This document shows, piece by piece, positions 30,578 through 40,751 of a stretch of DNA of 64,000 bases. Numbering within the stretch: position 1 is the stretch's first letter; each line of letters starts with the position of its first letter. The notes under the pieces are model-generated. The model was not told the DNA's origin, did no database searches, and was given only the letters and a program-made list of their open reading frames with translations. Source of the stretch: Candidatus Dormiibacterota bacterium (lineage in GTDB: Bacteria > Chloroflexota > Dormibacteria > Aeolococcales > Bog-877); assembly GCA_963804565.1 (NCBI GenBank), contig CAWDQV010000001.1, positions 2,046,026 through 2,110,025 on the forward strand, read 5' to 3'. The translations under genes and the position numbers were made by a program.

Positions 30578-31556
30578 ATGCCTCGGGTGAATTGGCTGGC
30601 GGCTGGCGGGCACGTTCGCGGAGCGCTGGCCGTCTATCCGCTGGCGATCTCGGGTCTGGGCCGGGTGGGGATGCGCCAGGTGGAGCGGTCTGGATGTGCC
30701 CGCGGTCCCACATCGGCAAGACCGGGACGCCCACTGCCGGGGGGAGCGTCTTCGTGATCGCGGTGCTGGTGGCCTGGGCGATGGTGGTCGCGATCCGGCC
30801 GGGGGGCTGGTGGCGGGCGCCGCTGCCCTGGGCTGCGGGGCCGGGCTGGTGGACGACGTCGCCAAGGTCAAGACGGGGCGAGGGGGTGCGTTTCCGGCCC
30901 AAGCTGCTGCTGCTGGCCGTCTGCTGCCGGGCTGCTGACGGTCGGCGTCTTCGCCACCTCCGGCCACCACATCAGACCGTTCCCGGGCTCGGGCCTCGCG
31001 ACCTCGGGCTGCTGGGGCTGGCCTTGGCCGGGTTCGCCATCCTGGCGACCGCCAACGCGGCCAATCTGGCCGACGGGGTAGACGGTCTGGCGGCGGGCTG
31101 CGGAATCCCCGGGCTCGGCGCCTGCGCTGCGCTGGCGATGGTGGAGCACCGGCCCGAGCTGGCGGTCACCTGCGCGTGCCTGGCGGCCGCCGCTTCTGGC
31201 GTTCCTGTTCTTCAACCGGCCACGGGCGGCCGGGTTTTCATGGGAGACGCCGGATCGCTAGCTCTTGGCCTGGCTCTGGCGGTGGCCGCCATCGAGGTTG
31301 GGGCGGTGGTGCTGTTGCCACTCCTTGCACTGGTCTTCGTCGCCGAGGCCGGGTCGGTGATCATCCAGCTGACCCACGTCCGGATCACCCACGGGCGCCG
31401 GCTGCTTCGAGCCAGCCCCATTCACCACCATTTCGAAGAGGGTGGGATGAGCGAGTGGGGGATCGACATCCGGTTCTGGGCGATCTCGGCGGCGGCGGCG
31501 GCGCTGGCCGGTTACTGGGCGGTCGTCGTCGGGCCTGCCGGGAGGGCAGTCGTTGA
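30578..31556 (+). pseudogene. mraY: Phospho-N-acetylmuramoyl-pentapeptide transferase MraY, several frameshifts
   Basis: ATG at 30578. Motifs HIGKTGTPTAGG, LVDDVAKV, NAANLADGVDGLAAG, FMGDAGSLALG and SPIHHHFE are spread over three frames. The probable stop TGA 31554-31556 overlaps the TTG of ftsW. Confidence 0.8.
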
Positions 31557-32731
31557 TCGCTCACGTCGAGCGCTGGCTGCCGGTCGGTCAGTCCCACGGC
31601 AGCCGCAGCGGGCACGCCATCTCCCGCTTCCCGAGTTGGACGTCTGGCTCCTCCTCTTGACCCTCGCTCTCTGCGGCCTGGGACTGATCATGGTGTACTC
31701 GGCGAGCCAGGCTCTCGCCTACACCGACTACGGCAACTCCGCTTACTTCTTCGAGCGCCAACTGCTCTGGTTGGGGGTTGGCATGCTCGGCACTGGCGGT
31801 GTGTGCCAAGACCGACTACCACCGCTGGGTCAAGCTGGCGCCGGCGCTGTCCGGTGGTCACGATCCTGCTGCTCGTGGCGGTGCTGGTTCCCCACATCGG
31901 ATACGAGGTGCAGGGCGCCAGGCGCTGGATCTACCTCGGTCCCTTTGACCTGCAGCCCAGTGTGCTGGCGCAGTTCCTGGTGGTGGTCGCGGGAGCGGTG
32001 TGGTTGGACCGACTCGGCCCCCGGATCACCGACCTTCGGGAGGGGGTTCTCGGCTACAGCTGGCGGATCGCGGTGGTGGCCCTCCTCGTGGTGATGGAGA
32101 AGGATTTGGGCTCCGCGGTGGTTCTGGCGGTGGCCGCGCTCGGGACTGCTCTGGCTGGCCGGAGTCAGAATCGCCCACCTGGTCGGGCTGCGGCCTGACC
32201 TGCCTTCTCGGGGCGCTCCTGCTGGTACGGGCCGAGCCCTACCGCATGGCGCGCCTGCTCAGCTACCTCAACCCCTTCGCCCACCCAGCTGGGCAGCGGA
32301 TTCCAGGCGGTTCAGGCGCTCTACTCATTGGGCGTGGGGGGGATATTCGGCACCGGGTTGAATGGGGCGGTCTCGCCGGCTCAACTGTTGCCCGAGGCCC
32401 ACACCGACTTCATTTTCGCAATCATCGGCGAGGAGCTTGGCCTGGTCGGGAGTTTGGCAGTACTGCTGCTCTTCCTCGGATTCGCCTGGCGCGGGGTGCG
32501 GGCAGCCCGCAACGCACCGGACCGCTTGGGCATTCTTCTGGCCGGCGGGGTCACTATCTGGATCGTCGGCCAGGCGCTGATCAACATCGGCGGGGTGACC
32601 GACACTATTCCTTCCACTGGAGTACCTCTCACCTTCATCAGCTACGGCGGGACATCGCTGGCACTCTCTCTGGCGGCCACCGGAATCCTGCTCAACATCT
32701 CGGCCAGGCAGCGCCGAGTAGGGATCGGTAA
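31553..32731 (+). pseudogene. ftsW: Peptidoglycan glycosyltransferase FtsW (SEDS family), several frameshifts
   Basis: GGGAGGG Shine-Dalgarno plus TTG 31553. Blocks LIMVYSAS, QPSVLAQFLVVV, EKDLGSAVV, LPEAHTDFIFAIIGEELG and GVPLTFISYGGTS lie in alternating frames. The stop TAA 32729-32731 overlaps the murG ATG. Confidence 0.8.
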
Positions 32732-33831
32732 TGCGCGTGCTAATCACCGGGGGCGGAACGGGCGGCCACTGCACCCCGGCCATCGCGGTGGCGGAGGCGC
32801 TGAGGCAGACTGACCCTCACGGTCGCGATCACCTACGTGGGCCGAGCGGACGGCCCGGAGTCGGAACTGGTGCCCATGGCCGGCCTCGACTTCTCCGGGC
32901 TTCGTCTGGGGAGCATGGGCTCGGGCCTGGTGAGCTCCGCGCCCCGCTTGGCAGTCCGTCTGCCACTGGTCTACGGCGAGGCCCGACGCCTGGTCCGCCG
33001 CTTCAGGCCTCAGGTGGTCCTGGCGACCGGGGGCTACGTCTGCGTGCCGGTCTCGCTGGCGGCTCGCCGCCGCTCGATCCCGGTCCTTCTCCTGGAACAG
33101 AACATGCTGCCGGGGCGGGCAGTCCAGTGGCTGGCAGCCAGGGTCCCAGTCGTGGCCAGCTCCTTCCCGGGGACGGCAGCAGTACCTGCCCCGTGCCAGG
33201 GTCGTCTGCACCGGCAACCCGGTGCGTCTGCCGCTTCGCCGAGCTGGCCGGGCGACCCCAACCGCCGGAGGCTCCTCCCACCCTGCTGGTGATGGGCGGC
33301 TCCCAGGGAGCGCGGCATCTCAACAGGTGTTGCTGGAGGCGATGCCTCTCCTGCTGGCGCAGGTGCCCCAGCTGACCGTGGTCCACCTGACCGGCCCCAC
33401 CGACCACGCCCAGGTGGTTACCGCCGCAGAGGAGGCCGGTCTGCCGATCGGCGACCGCTACCAACCCTCGCCATTCGTCTCCGACGTCGCCGAGCGGCTG
33501 GCCGCAGCCAGCCTGGTGGTGATGCGCGCCGGGGGAAGCTCCCTCGCCGAGGTGGCCTGCCTCGGCCGGCCCATGGTGCTGGTGCCCTATCCCCACGCCG
33601 GTGAGCACCAGAGCGCCAACGCGCGGCCCTTCGAGGAGGCCGGGGCGGCGCGTGGTGATCCCCGACCAGGAGCTGACCGCTGCCCGCTGGTGGAGCGCCG
33701 TACGGCACGTCCTCGAGGAGCCGGAGCGCTGGCGGGTCGATGGCTCGAGCCAGCGCCTCAATGGCCCGGCCCCGAGGCCGCCTTCGACGTGGCGGGTCTG
33801 CTCCGCAGAGCTGGCCGGATCGAGGGGCTGA
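32731..33831 (+). pseudogene. murG: UDP-GlcNAc:lipid I transferase MurG, several frameshifts
   Basis: MRVLITGGGTGGHCTPAIAVAEAL, ATGGYVCVP, LLEQN, MRAGGSSLAEV and HQSANA blocks are spread over frames (ORFs 32731.., 32837.., 33222.., 33601..). Confidence 0.8.
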
Positions 33832-33832
33832 A

Positions 33833-35280
33833 TTGGACCGAGACTCACCCGCGGAGCTGGCCGCACTCCGCCCGCCCACCTGCACTTCCTGGGGATTTGT
33901 GGCTACGCGGTCTCGGGGCTGGCGCTCTGCTGCCTCGAGCTGGGCTTCCGGGTTACCGGTTCAGACGAGGACGCGTATCCGCCCACGACCGAAACGCTGG
34001 CCGGGCAGCGGGAATCTCGTTCAGCCGCGATCACCAGGCAGCCAACCTCGAGCGCTGGGGGCTGCCCCAGCTGGTGGTGCTGGGGAACCAGGTCCAGTCC
34101 GGCAACGCCGGAGCTGGCGGCAGCCCGCGAGCGCGGGCTGCCAATCCTCAGCGAGGCGGAGGCCTACCGGGGGCTGACCGAAGGGCGCGCCGCGCGGTCG
34201 TCTGCGGAACTCACGGCAAGACCACCACCTCGGCCCTGGCCGCCTTCATGCTGGATGCCTCCGGATGCAATCCCGGCTTCCGACTGGGAGCGACTCCCGC
34301 AGGACTTCACCACCACCGCGCGGTTGGGAGACCCTCGAGGAGGGGGGCCCTTCGTCTTCGAGGGCGACGAGTACACCACCTCGGCCCTTGACCCGCGGGC
34401 CAAGTTCCTCCACTGGCAACCCCAGATGGTGACCGTGCTCAACTTGGAGCTGGACCATCCCGACCTCTACCCGACTTTGGCCGCCTACGTGGCGCCGTAC
34501 CGCGAGCTGGTCGCTGGACTGGGGCCGCAGGACCTGCTGATCTACAACTTCGCCGACCCCAGCGCCCGGAACTGGCGGCGGCGAGTCCCGCCCCAATCCA
34601 GAGCTTCGGAGTTGGAGCTGGGCGACTGGAGTCTGGCGCGAGCGCCCGTAAAAGTTGAGGGCAGGCTCGCAGCTTCAGGTGCGAACTCCTGAAGGGAGCG
34701 AGCTGGAGATGGCGCTGCCCAGCTTCGGGGCGCACAACGCGGCCAACGGCCTGGCGGCGCTGGCGACCGCGGTCCGCCTGGGCGCCGACCCGACGCAGGC
34801 AGCCAGGTCGGCACGGCCGCTACCGGGGCGCGGCCAGACGCTTCGAGGTGCTGGGCAGCGTCGGAGGGGTGACGGTGGTCGACGACTACGCCCACCACCC
34901 CACCAAGATCCGGGCCACCATCGCGGGTGCCCGCCAGCAGTTCGGAGACGAGGTCCAGCTGGTGATGATCCACGTCCCCCACACCTACTCCCGGACCAAG
35001 GCCCTGCTGCCCGAGTACCGGGGCGCCTTCGATGGCCTTGACCTCCTGGTGCTGGGCCCGATCGAGCCGGCGCGGGAGCGGCACCTGGAGGGCACCGTCA
35101 GCTCCGACGACGTGGCGGCGCTCGTCACCGGGACTGGACGTTGTGTTGGTGGACTCCGCGGAAGCCGCGATCGCTGCGGTCGTGGCGCGGGTCCGACCCC
35201 CCGCGGTGGTCGTCTGCAGCTCGGTGCGAGGCTTCGACGACGTTGCATCACGACTGCTGCGGGCCATCGCCGAGCGCTAG
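33833..35280 (+). pseudogene. murC: Mur ligase in the murC position, with Mpl-like sequence features; several frameshifts
   Basis: HLHFLGICGYAVSGLA...VTGSDEDAYPP, GTHGKTTTSA, FEGDEYTTSALDPRAKFLHW and DDYAHHPTKI blocks alternate between two frames. C-terminus is in ORF 35032..35280. Confidence 0.7.
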
Positions 35281-35282
35281 GA

Positions 35283-36242
35283 GTGAGCGGTTCGAGCCTG
35301 CCTGATCCGCTCCGGCGGCTGCTGGCCGGGCCGCTCGCGTCCGGGGCACTGAGACCCGATGAGCCGCTTAGCAGCCACAGCCAGTTCGGGGTCGGGGGAC
35401 CGGCGGACTGGTATTGGGAGCCGGCCGCGGTAGGCGCTGCTGCCTGACGTGATGGAGGTCTGCCGGGAGGTTGACCTTCCCTGCACCGTGCTGGGGGCGG
35501 GCAGCAACTGCCTGATCCTGGACGGGGGAGTCCGGGGTCTGGTGCTGAAGTTCCCCGCGGATCCGCGCACGCCTCCAGGGGGACGGGTCTGGTGTCTCCT
35601 GCAGCCGGAGCCATGATGCCCCGGGCCGCCTTCGACACCGCCTACTCTGGGGCTGATCGGGTCTGGCCTTTGGAGTGGGGATTCCCGGCACCGCCGGTGC
35701 CGCCGTCGCGGGCAACGCGGGCGCCTTCGGCGCGGAGATGGGCGAGATTCTGGAGAGCGTGGAGGCGGTTCTGCCCGGGGGGGATGTGATGCGCTTCACC
35801 GCGCAGGACCTGCGGCCCCGGTACCGACGAACCGCGCTCCAGGAGGGCTCGCTCCAGGGAGCGGTGGTGACCCAGGTCTGGCTGCGACTGCGCGAGGGCG
35901 ATGCGGCGGATGCGCGATCCGAGGTGCGGCGGGTCATGTGGGAGCGAAAGGCCAGCCAGCCGAGCGGGGTCAGGAGCCTGGGCAGCACCTTCAAGAACCC
36001 ACCTGGCGAGCACGCCGCGACGGCTGATCGATGCCTGCGGTCTGAAGGGTCTTCAGAGCGGTGCAGCCCAGGTATCGCTGCAGCACGCCAACTTCATCTG
36101 CAACCTCGGTGGGGCGCGGGCCGCCGATGTGCTTGCATTGACGGATGTAATCCGTCACCGTGTAGCAGAGCGCTTCGGGGTCGAGCTCGAACTGGAGATC
36201 ATCCCCGTCGGCAGTCCCGATTTCCACCAACGTTCCAGCTGA
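35283..36242 (+). pseudogene. murB: UDP-N-acetylenolpyruvoylglucosamine reductase MurB, several frameshifts
   Basis: GTG at 35283. Blocks [47 protein letters not shown] and NFICNLGGA are found in different frames. Confidence 0.75.
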
Positions 36243-36251
36243 GGGGCAGCC

Positions 36252-37304
36252 ATGAGTCGGCCGGCGCGCCACGCAGTCCCCGCGGGGGACGGTCCTTCGG
36301 CGCAGTCGTGCCCGACGAGTTCGAGGTCTGGACGCCTCCCCAGGCTCGCGCGGGAGCAGCGTCCTGCGGTACGCCGGCGCCGCCCTGCAGAGTCCGGCGC
36401 TCGAGGCCGACCGATCTGGGGCCACGATCGCCCGATGAGGAGATCGAGGAGGTGGCCGCGCCAGGCGGCAGAGCGGCGGGCGGCCCGCTTCGCCATCGCG
36501 GCAGCGGTTCCTGGGCCGACACCGGATCTCCGCTCCGCGCAAGCCGCCAGCCCTCGAAGCCCTGCACGAGGTGGGACGGGTGCCCAAGGTGGTCGCGGCG
36601 GCGGTGATCGTCGCGGCGCTGGCGGTCGTGGTTCTGTTCGCACTCCCCTGGCTCAAGGTGCAGAGAGTCGAGGTGGAGGGTGCGTCAGTCGTTTCGCGCC
36701 AGCAGCTGCTGACGGACGCCGGGGCCGCGCTGGGGTCGAGAGCACGATCCTCCTCGACGCCTCGGCGATGACCCGCGGGCTTCTGGCCCAACCCTGGGTC
36801 AAGGACGCCGCGGTCTATGTCCACTGGCCGGGGACCCTGGTCCTGGCCGTGACGCCGCTGCCACCGGTGATGATCTACCAGCAGGGGTCCGAGCAGCAGT
36901 GGCTGGCCGCCAGCGGAGCGACGCTAGGCCAAGTTGCCGGATTGGCCGCGGGCTCCCTGCCACTCTTGGTGGACCAGCGCGACCTTGGCGTGGCTAAGGC
37001 GGGCGCGATCGTCATCCCGTCCCGGCTCGCCCGGGCCCTGGTGGCCCTCACCCGCGTCTTCCCAGCCAGCTACGACGGAGTGGCGGTCGAGCGCTACGTG
37101 ATCACCGCCACCGGCGCATTGGAGATCGAGAGCAACGCTGGGTGGACCGCCGACTTGGGGCTCACGCTTACCAACTCCCAGATCTCGTCGATCGGAGCCA
37201 AGTTGGAGTCGCTCCGCGCGCTCGGCGAGGACGTGAACCTCAAGACCGCTGGCATCACGGAGATCTATCTGGAGGACCCCTCGCAGGTCGTGGTCAGCTA
37301 CTGA
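36252..37304 (+). pseudogene. ftsQ: Cell-division protein FtsQ (POTRA), at least two frameshifts
   Basis: The TM helix and POTRA start (VPKVVAAAVIVAALAVVVLFALPWLKVQRVEVEG) are in ORF 36571..36771. The remainder is in ORF 36252..37304. The Arg/Pro-rich text at 36252-36570 looks partly out of frame. Confidence 0.65.
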
Positions 37305-37580
37305 GTGGGTGGTCCCTCGCCAGCCAAGGCTCAGACGCAAAATTGAGGGTCTACAGGGCGCCTCAGCCACTACATGATGTGGTTTTGGACCAGTTTGAGG
37401 CTTGTGCTACTCCGAGTTTGACGGTACACTTCGAGGCGGCCTCGGCGGACTCGCGAAACGGGGCCTCGGTGCCCCAAATCCCGAACTTGCCCACAACCAC
37501 CTTTTGCACAAAAACTCAGTACCTCAATTGGGGATTCTTCTGAACACCGAGCCTGCCTGCCCGGCCTCACGGCCTCGCTA

Positions 37581-38808
37581 TTGCCCCGGAGCGGCCCATT
37601 GAGCGGACGCCGTCTGGTTGCGCTGGACTTGGGAAGTTCGAAGGTCTGCTGCGCGGTGGCGGAGGAGGACGGCCCCCGCCTGCGGGTGCTAGGAGTAGGG
37701 GAGGCACCCTCCGCAGGGGTGCGCAAGGGGGTGATCACCGATCCGGATGCGGCTACGCAGGCGATCTCCCAGGCTCTCGACGCAGCAGAGCGCTCCAGCG
37801 GTGTCGAGATCGACTCGGCCCTGATGACCCTGAGCGGCCGACACATAAGAAGCGAAACCAGCGAGGCGGTCGTGTCGGTCGCCTCGAGGGGCGGGGTGGT
37901 CGGGTCGAGCGATCTCAATCGCGTGCTCGAGGGCGCCCGCTCGATTCCCGGGCTGGGGGGACAGGATGTGATCCATCTCATCCCTCGGGAGTATCGAGTC
38001 GACGGTGAGAAGGGCCTCCGCGACCCCCGGGGAAGTCACGGGGCGCGGCTCTCGGTTGACTCGGAGCTGGTGCTCGCCTCCAGCGCCCACCTGGCGGCCC
38101 TGGTCAACTGCGTCCACGCCGCCGGGCTACGGATCGACGACGTGGTGGTGCAGCCGCTCGCATCGGCCGAGGGGGTTCTGCGCGACCAGGAGTTGGAACA
38201 CGGGGTGGCAGTGGTCGACATCGGGGCCGGCACCACCAACATCGCCATCTTTCGCGGCGGCACCATCCGCCGGGTGCTGGTCCTTCCGGTGGGCGGTCTC
38301 AACGTCACCAACGACCTGGCCACCGGGTTGCGCTGTGACCAGGACGAAGCCGAGACCCTCAAATGCCGACACGGCCACTGCGACCCCGCCCAGGTACTTC
38401 CCGAGGAGATGGTGACCGTGGTGGGCAGCGCTCACGTCGGGGCCGAAGAGGTGCCGAGAAGATGGGTTGCCGAGATCATCGAGCCGAGGGCCAGAGAGAT
38501 GGCCCGTCTGCTCGGACAGGCTCTGGAGGAGGATGGACAGAGCCTCTCCAAGCTGGTGGTGACTGGGGGCGGCTTCCGTCTTCGAGGCTTCGCCGCCACC
38601 GTCCATCAGATCCTGGAAATGCCGGTCAGGCTCGCCGTTCCCGAAGGACTGGGCGGCCTGGCGGACCAGCTCGGCATGCCCGAGCACGCGGCGACGGCAG
38701 GACTCCTTCGATGGGGCCAGCGGTCGGGCTCCCGGAGAAACGGCGGAAATCTTGAGAACCACCCGCAGTGCAGGCCGGCTCAACCGCTGGCTCCACGAGC
38801 TGTTCTGA
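37581..38808 (+). pseudogene. ftsA: Cell-division protein FtsA, one C-terminal frameshift
   Basis: Actin-fold motifs LDLGSSKV and VDIGAGTTNIA are intact. The membrane-targeting helix LNRWLHELF plus TGA (38806-38808) sits in a different frame from track ORF 37581..38843. Junction ~38710. Confidence 0.85.
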
Positions 38809-38824
38809 CCCTGAAGGAGACGCG

Positions 38825-39941
38825 ATGCTTCAAGACGATCTAGACCGCACCATCCAGGGCAACGCTCGGATCAAGGTGATCGGTGTCGGCGGGGGCGGCA
38901 GCAACGCCGTCAACCGGATGATCCGAGCCAAGCTGCGTGGGGTCGACTTCATCGCGGTGAATACCGACCAGCAGGCGCTGCAGACCTCTGAGGCCCCCTC
39001 CAAGATCCACATCGGTCGCAAGGTGACCCGGGGTCTGGGCGCGGGCGGCGACCCCGAGGTGGGAGAGCTGGCTGCTGAGGAGTCGCGCGAGGAATTGGCC
39101 ACCGTCCTGCATGACGCCGACATGGTCTTCGTGACCTCCGGCATGGGTGGGGGCACCGGTACCGGGGCGGCGCCAATCATCGCCGAGATAGCTCGCTCCA
39201 GCGGTGCGCTCACGATCGGGGTGGTCACCAAGCCGTTCACGTTCGAGGGACGCAAGCGCATGGAGGCGGCGGAGCGGGGAGTGGACCAGCTCTCGGGGAG
39301 AGTGGACACTCTGATCACCATCCCCAACGACCGACTGATCGCCGTGACCGATAAGAAGACCACCATGATCGACGCCTTCAAGAAGGCCGACGACGTGCTC
39401 CGACAGGGAGTCCAGGGGATCAGCGACCTGATCGTCTTCCCCGGGCTGATCAACCTGGACTTCGCCGACGTCAAGGCGATCATGGTGGGGCAGGGACCGG
39501 CACTGATGGGTATCGGCTACGGCAGCGGCGACAGTCGGGCTCAGGATGCCGCTCGGGACGCGGTCTCGAGCCAGCTGCTGGAGACCTCCATCGCCGGGGC
39601 CCACGGGCATCCTGCTCAACGTCACCGCCAGCCCCGACCTCACGCTCTACGAGATCAATGAGGCCTGCGACCTGATCCGGCAAAGCGCCGACCCCAACGT
39701 CAACATCATCTTCGGTGCGGTGGTCGACGACCGGATGGGCGGGGACGTGAAGATCACCGTCATCGCCACCGGTTTCAACCCCGATGGACAGCTAAACCCC
39801 TCGCTCGCTGAAAGGTACAACGCGACTCGGCCCCAGGAGCTCCAGGAGCCGCTGCCCGAGCGCACCCGCCAGCCTCAGCGCGACAACCCCGACATCTACG
39901 AGGAAGTCGACATCCCGGCCTTCCTTCGGGAGCCGCGCTGA
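38825..39941 (+). pseudogene. ftsZ: Cell-division GTPase FtsZ, one frameshift
   Basis: AGGAG plus ATG 38825. [20 protein letters not shown] and NLDFADV blocks are intact. The frame changes at CCC 39600-39602 (CC would restore it). C-terminal peptide DIPAFLR is present. Confidence 0.9.
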
Positions 39942-40119
39942 GCTGACGTAGCAGCACGGGCACCCAGGGGGGTGGGGGCGGGCATGACCTGCTTCAACGT
40001 GCCTGCCGGGCGGTCGCCGTCGCACGTCCGCTGACCTGTCGCACGGGCGGCGCGATCGCCCGGGACAAACGCTCTCTGTCGCATCAGCTGCTCTCGCTGC
40101 GTGTGTGGATAATGTGTGT

Positions 40120-40341
40120 ATGCCCAGGATAAACGTGTACCTTCCCGACGCGCTGGCGGCTCTGGCGGAGCCGCTGGATCTGAACCTGTCTCAACTGCTC
40201 CAGTCGGCCCTGCGGGACCGCATCGCCTGCGATCGCCTTGACCGGTGGCTCTCGGAGCTTCGCCAAACGCCCTCACCGGGACCCAGCCGAAGGGAGGTGC
40301 GGATGGCCCTGGAGGGGGGCGAGCCAGGGGTACTTCACTGA
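40120..40341 (+). CDS. Type II antitoxin, CcdA/ribbon-helix-helix-like
   Basis: MPRINVYLPDALAALAEPLDLNLSQLLQSALRDRI pattern. Sits immediately upstream of a PIN ORF. ATG 40120 lies within track ORF 40105..40341. Confidence 0.6.
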   Translation: MPRINVYLPDALAALAEPLDLNLSQLLQSALRDRIACDRLDRWLSELRQTPSPGPSRREVRMALEGGEPGVLH

Positions 40342-40751
40342 CCGAGGCTCTGGTCTTGGAGACGGCAGCACTGCTTGATCTCGTGATGGGAAACGAGCAG
40401 GGCCTGGCTGTCGGACAGGCCATACGAGGTCATCCGGTGCATCTATCGGATCACAGCAGCCTGATCGCAGCAGGGGCGCTGCGCAGGCTCTCCGAGAGAG
40501 GGCTGATCGCGCCCGAAGAGGTGGCCGATCGGGTCCGCCTGCTGCAGGCGGCTCCGTTCTCAGTGCACCCGGCGCTGAGCCTGCTCGGGTCCGCCGTGGG
40601 CATGAGCTTCCTCCGGTTAGGAGACGCCCTCTGCATGGAGCTGAGCCGCCAGTTGGCTGCACCGCTGATCACGACGGACGTGCGCCTGGCCTCCGTTTGG
40701 CCAAGGTGCCGGCTGATTTCAGCCGCGTCGGTGGGGTCCGGGCCGAGCTAG
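40245..40751 (+). CDS. PIN-domain (VapC-like) toxin; start uncertain
   Basis: ALVLETAALLDL, SDHSSLIAAGALRRL and APLITTDVRLA resemble the PIN acidic-residue blocks. The conserved part begins near 40338. In-frame start candidates are ATG 40245, CTG 40338 and TTG 40356. Confidence 0.55.
   Translation: MALGASPNALTGTQPKGGADGPGGGRARGTSLTEALVLETAALLDLVMGNEQGLAVGQAIRGHPVHLSDHSSLIAAGALRRLSERGLIAPEEVADRVRLLQAAPFSVHPALSLLGSAVGMSFLRLGDALCMELSRQLAAPLITTDVRLASVWPRCRLISAASVGSGPS

Noticed and set aside
30592-32094. 500-aa ORF that looks like an MraY-FtsW fusion protein
   Set aside because: It is a composite created by frameshifts. A normal gene junction exists in the other frames at 31541-31556: a GGGAGGG Shine-Dalgarno, a TTG start for ftsW, and an overlapping TGA stop for mraY. 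Large parts of the ORF text are Arg/Pro/Trp-rich out-of-frame translation.
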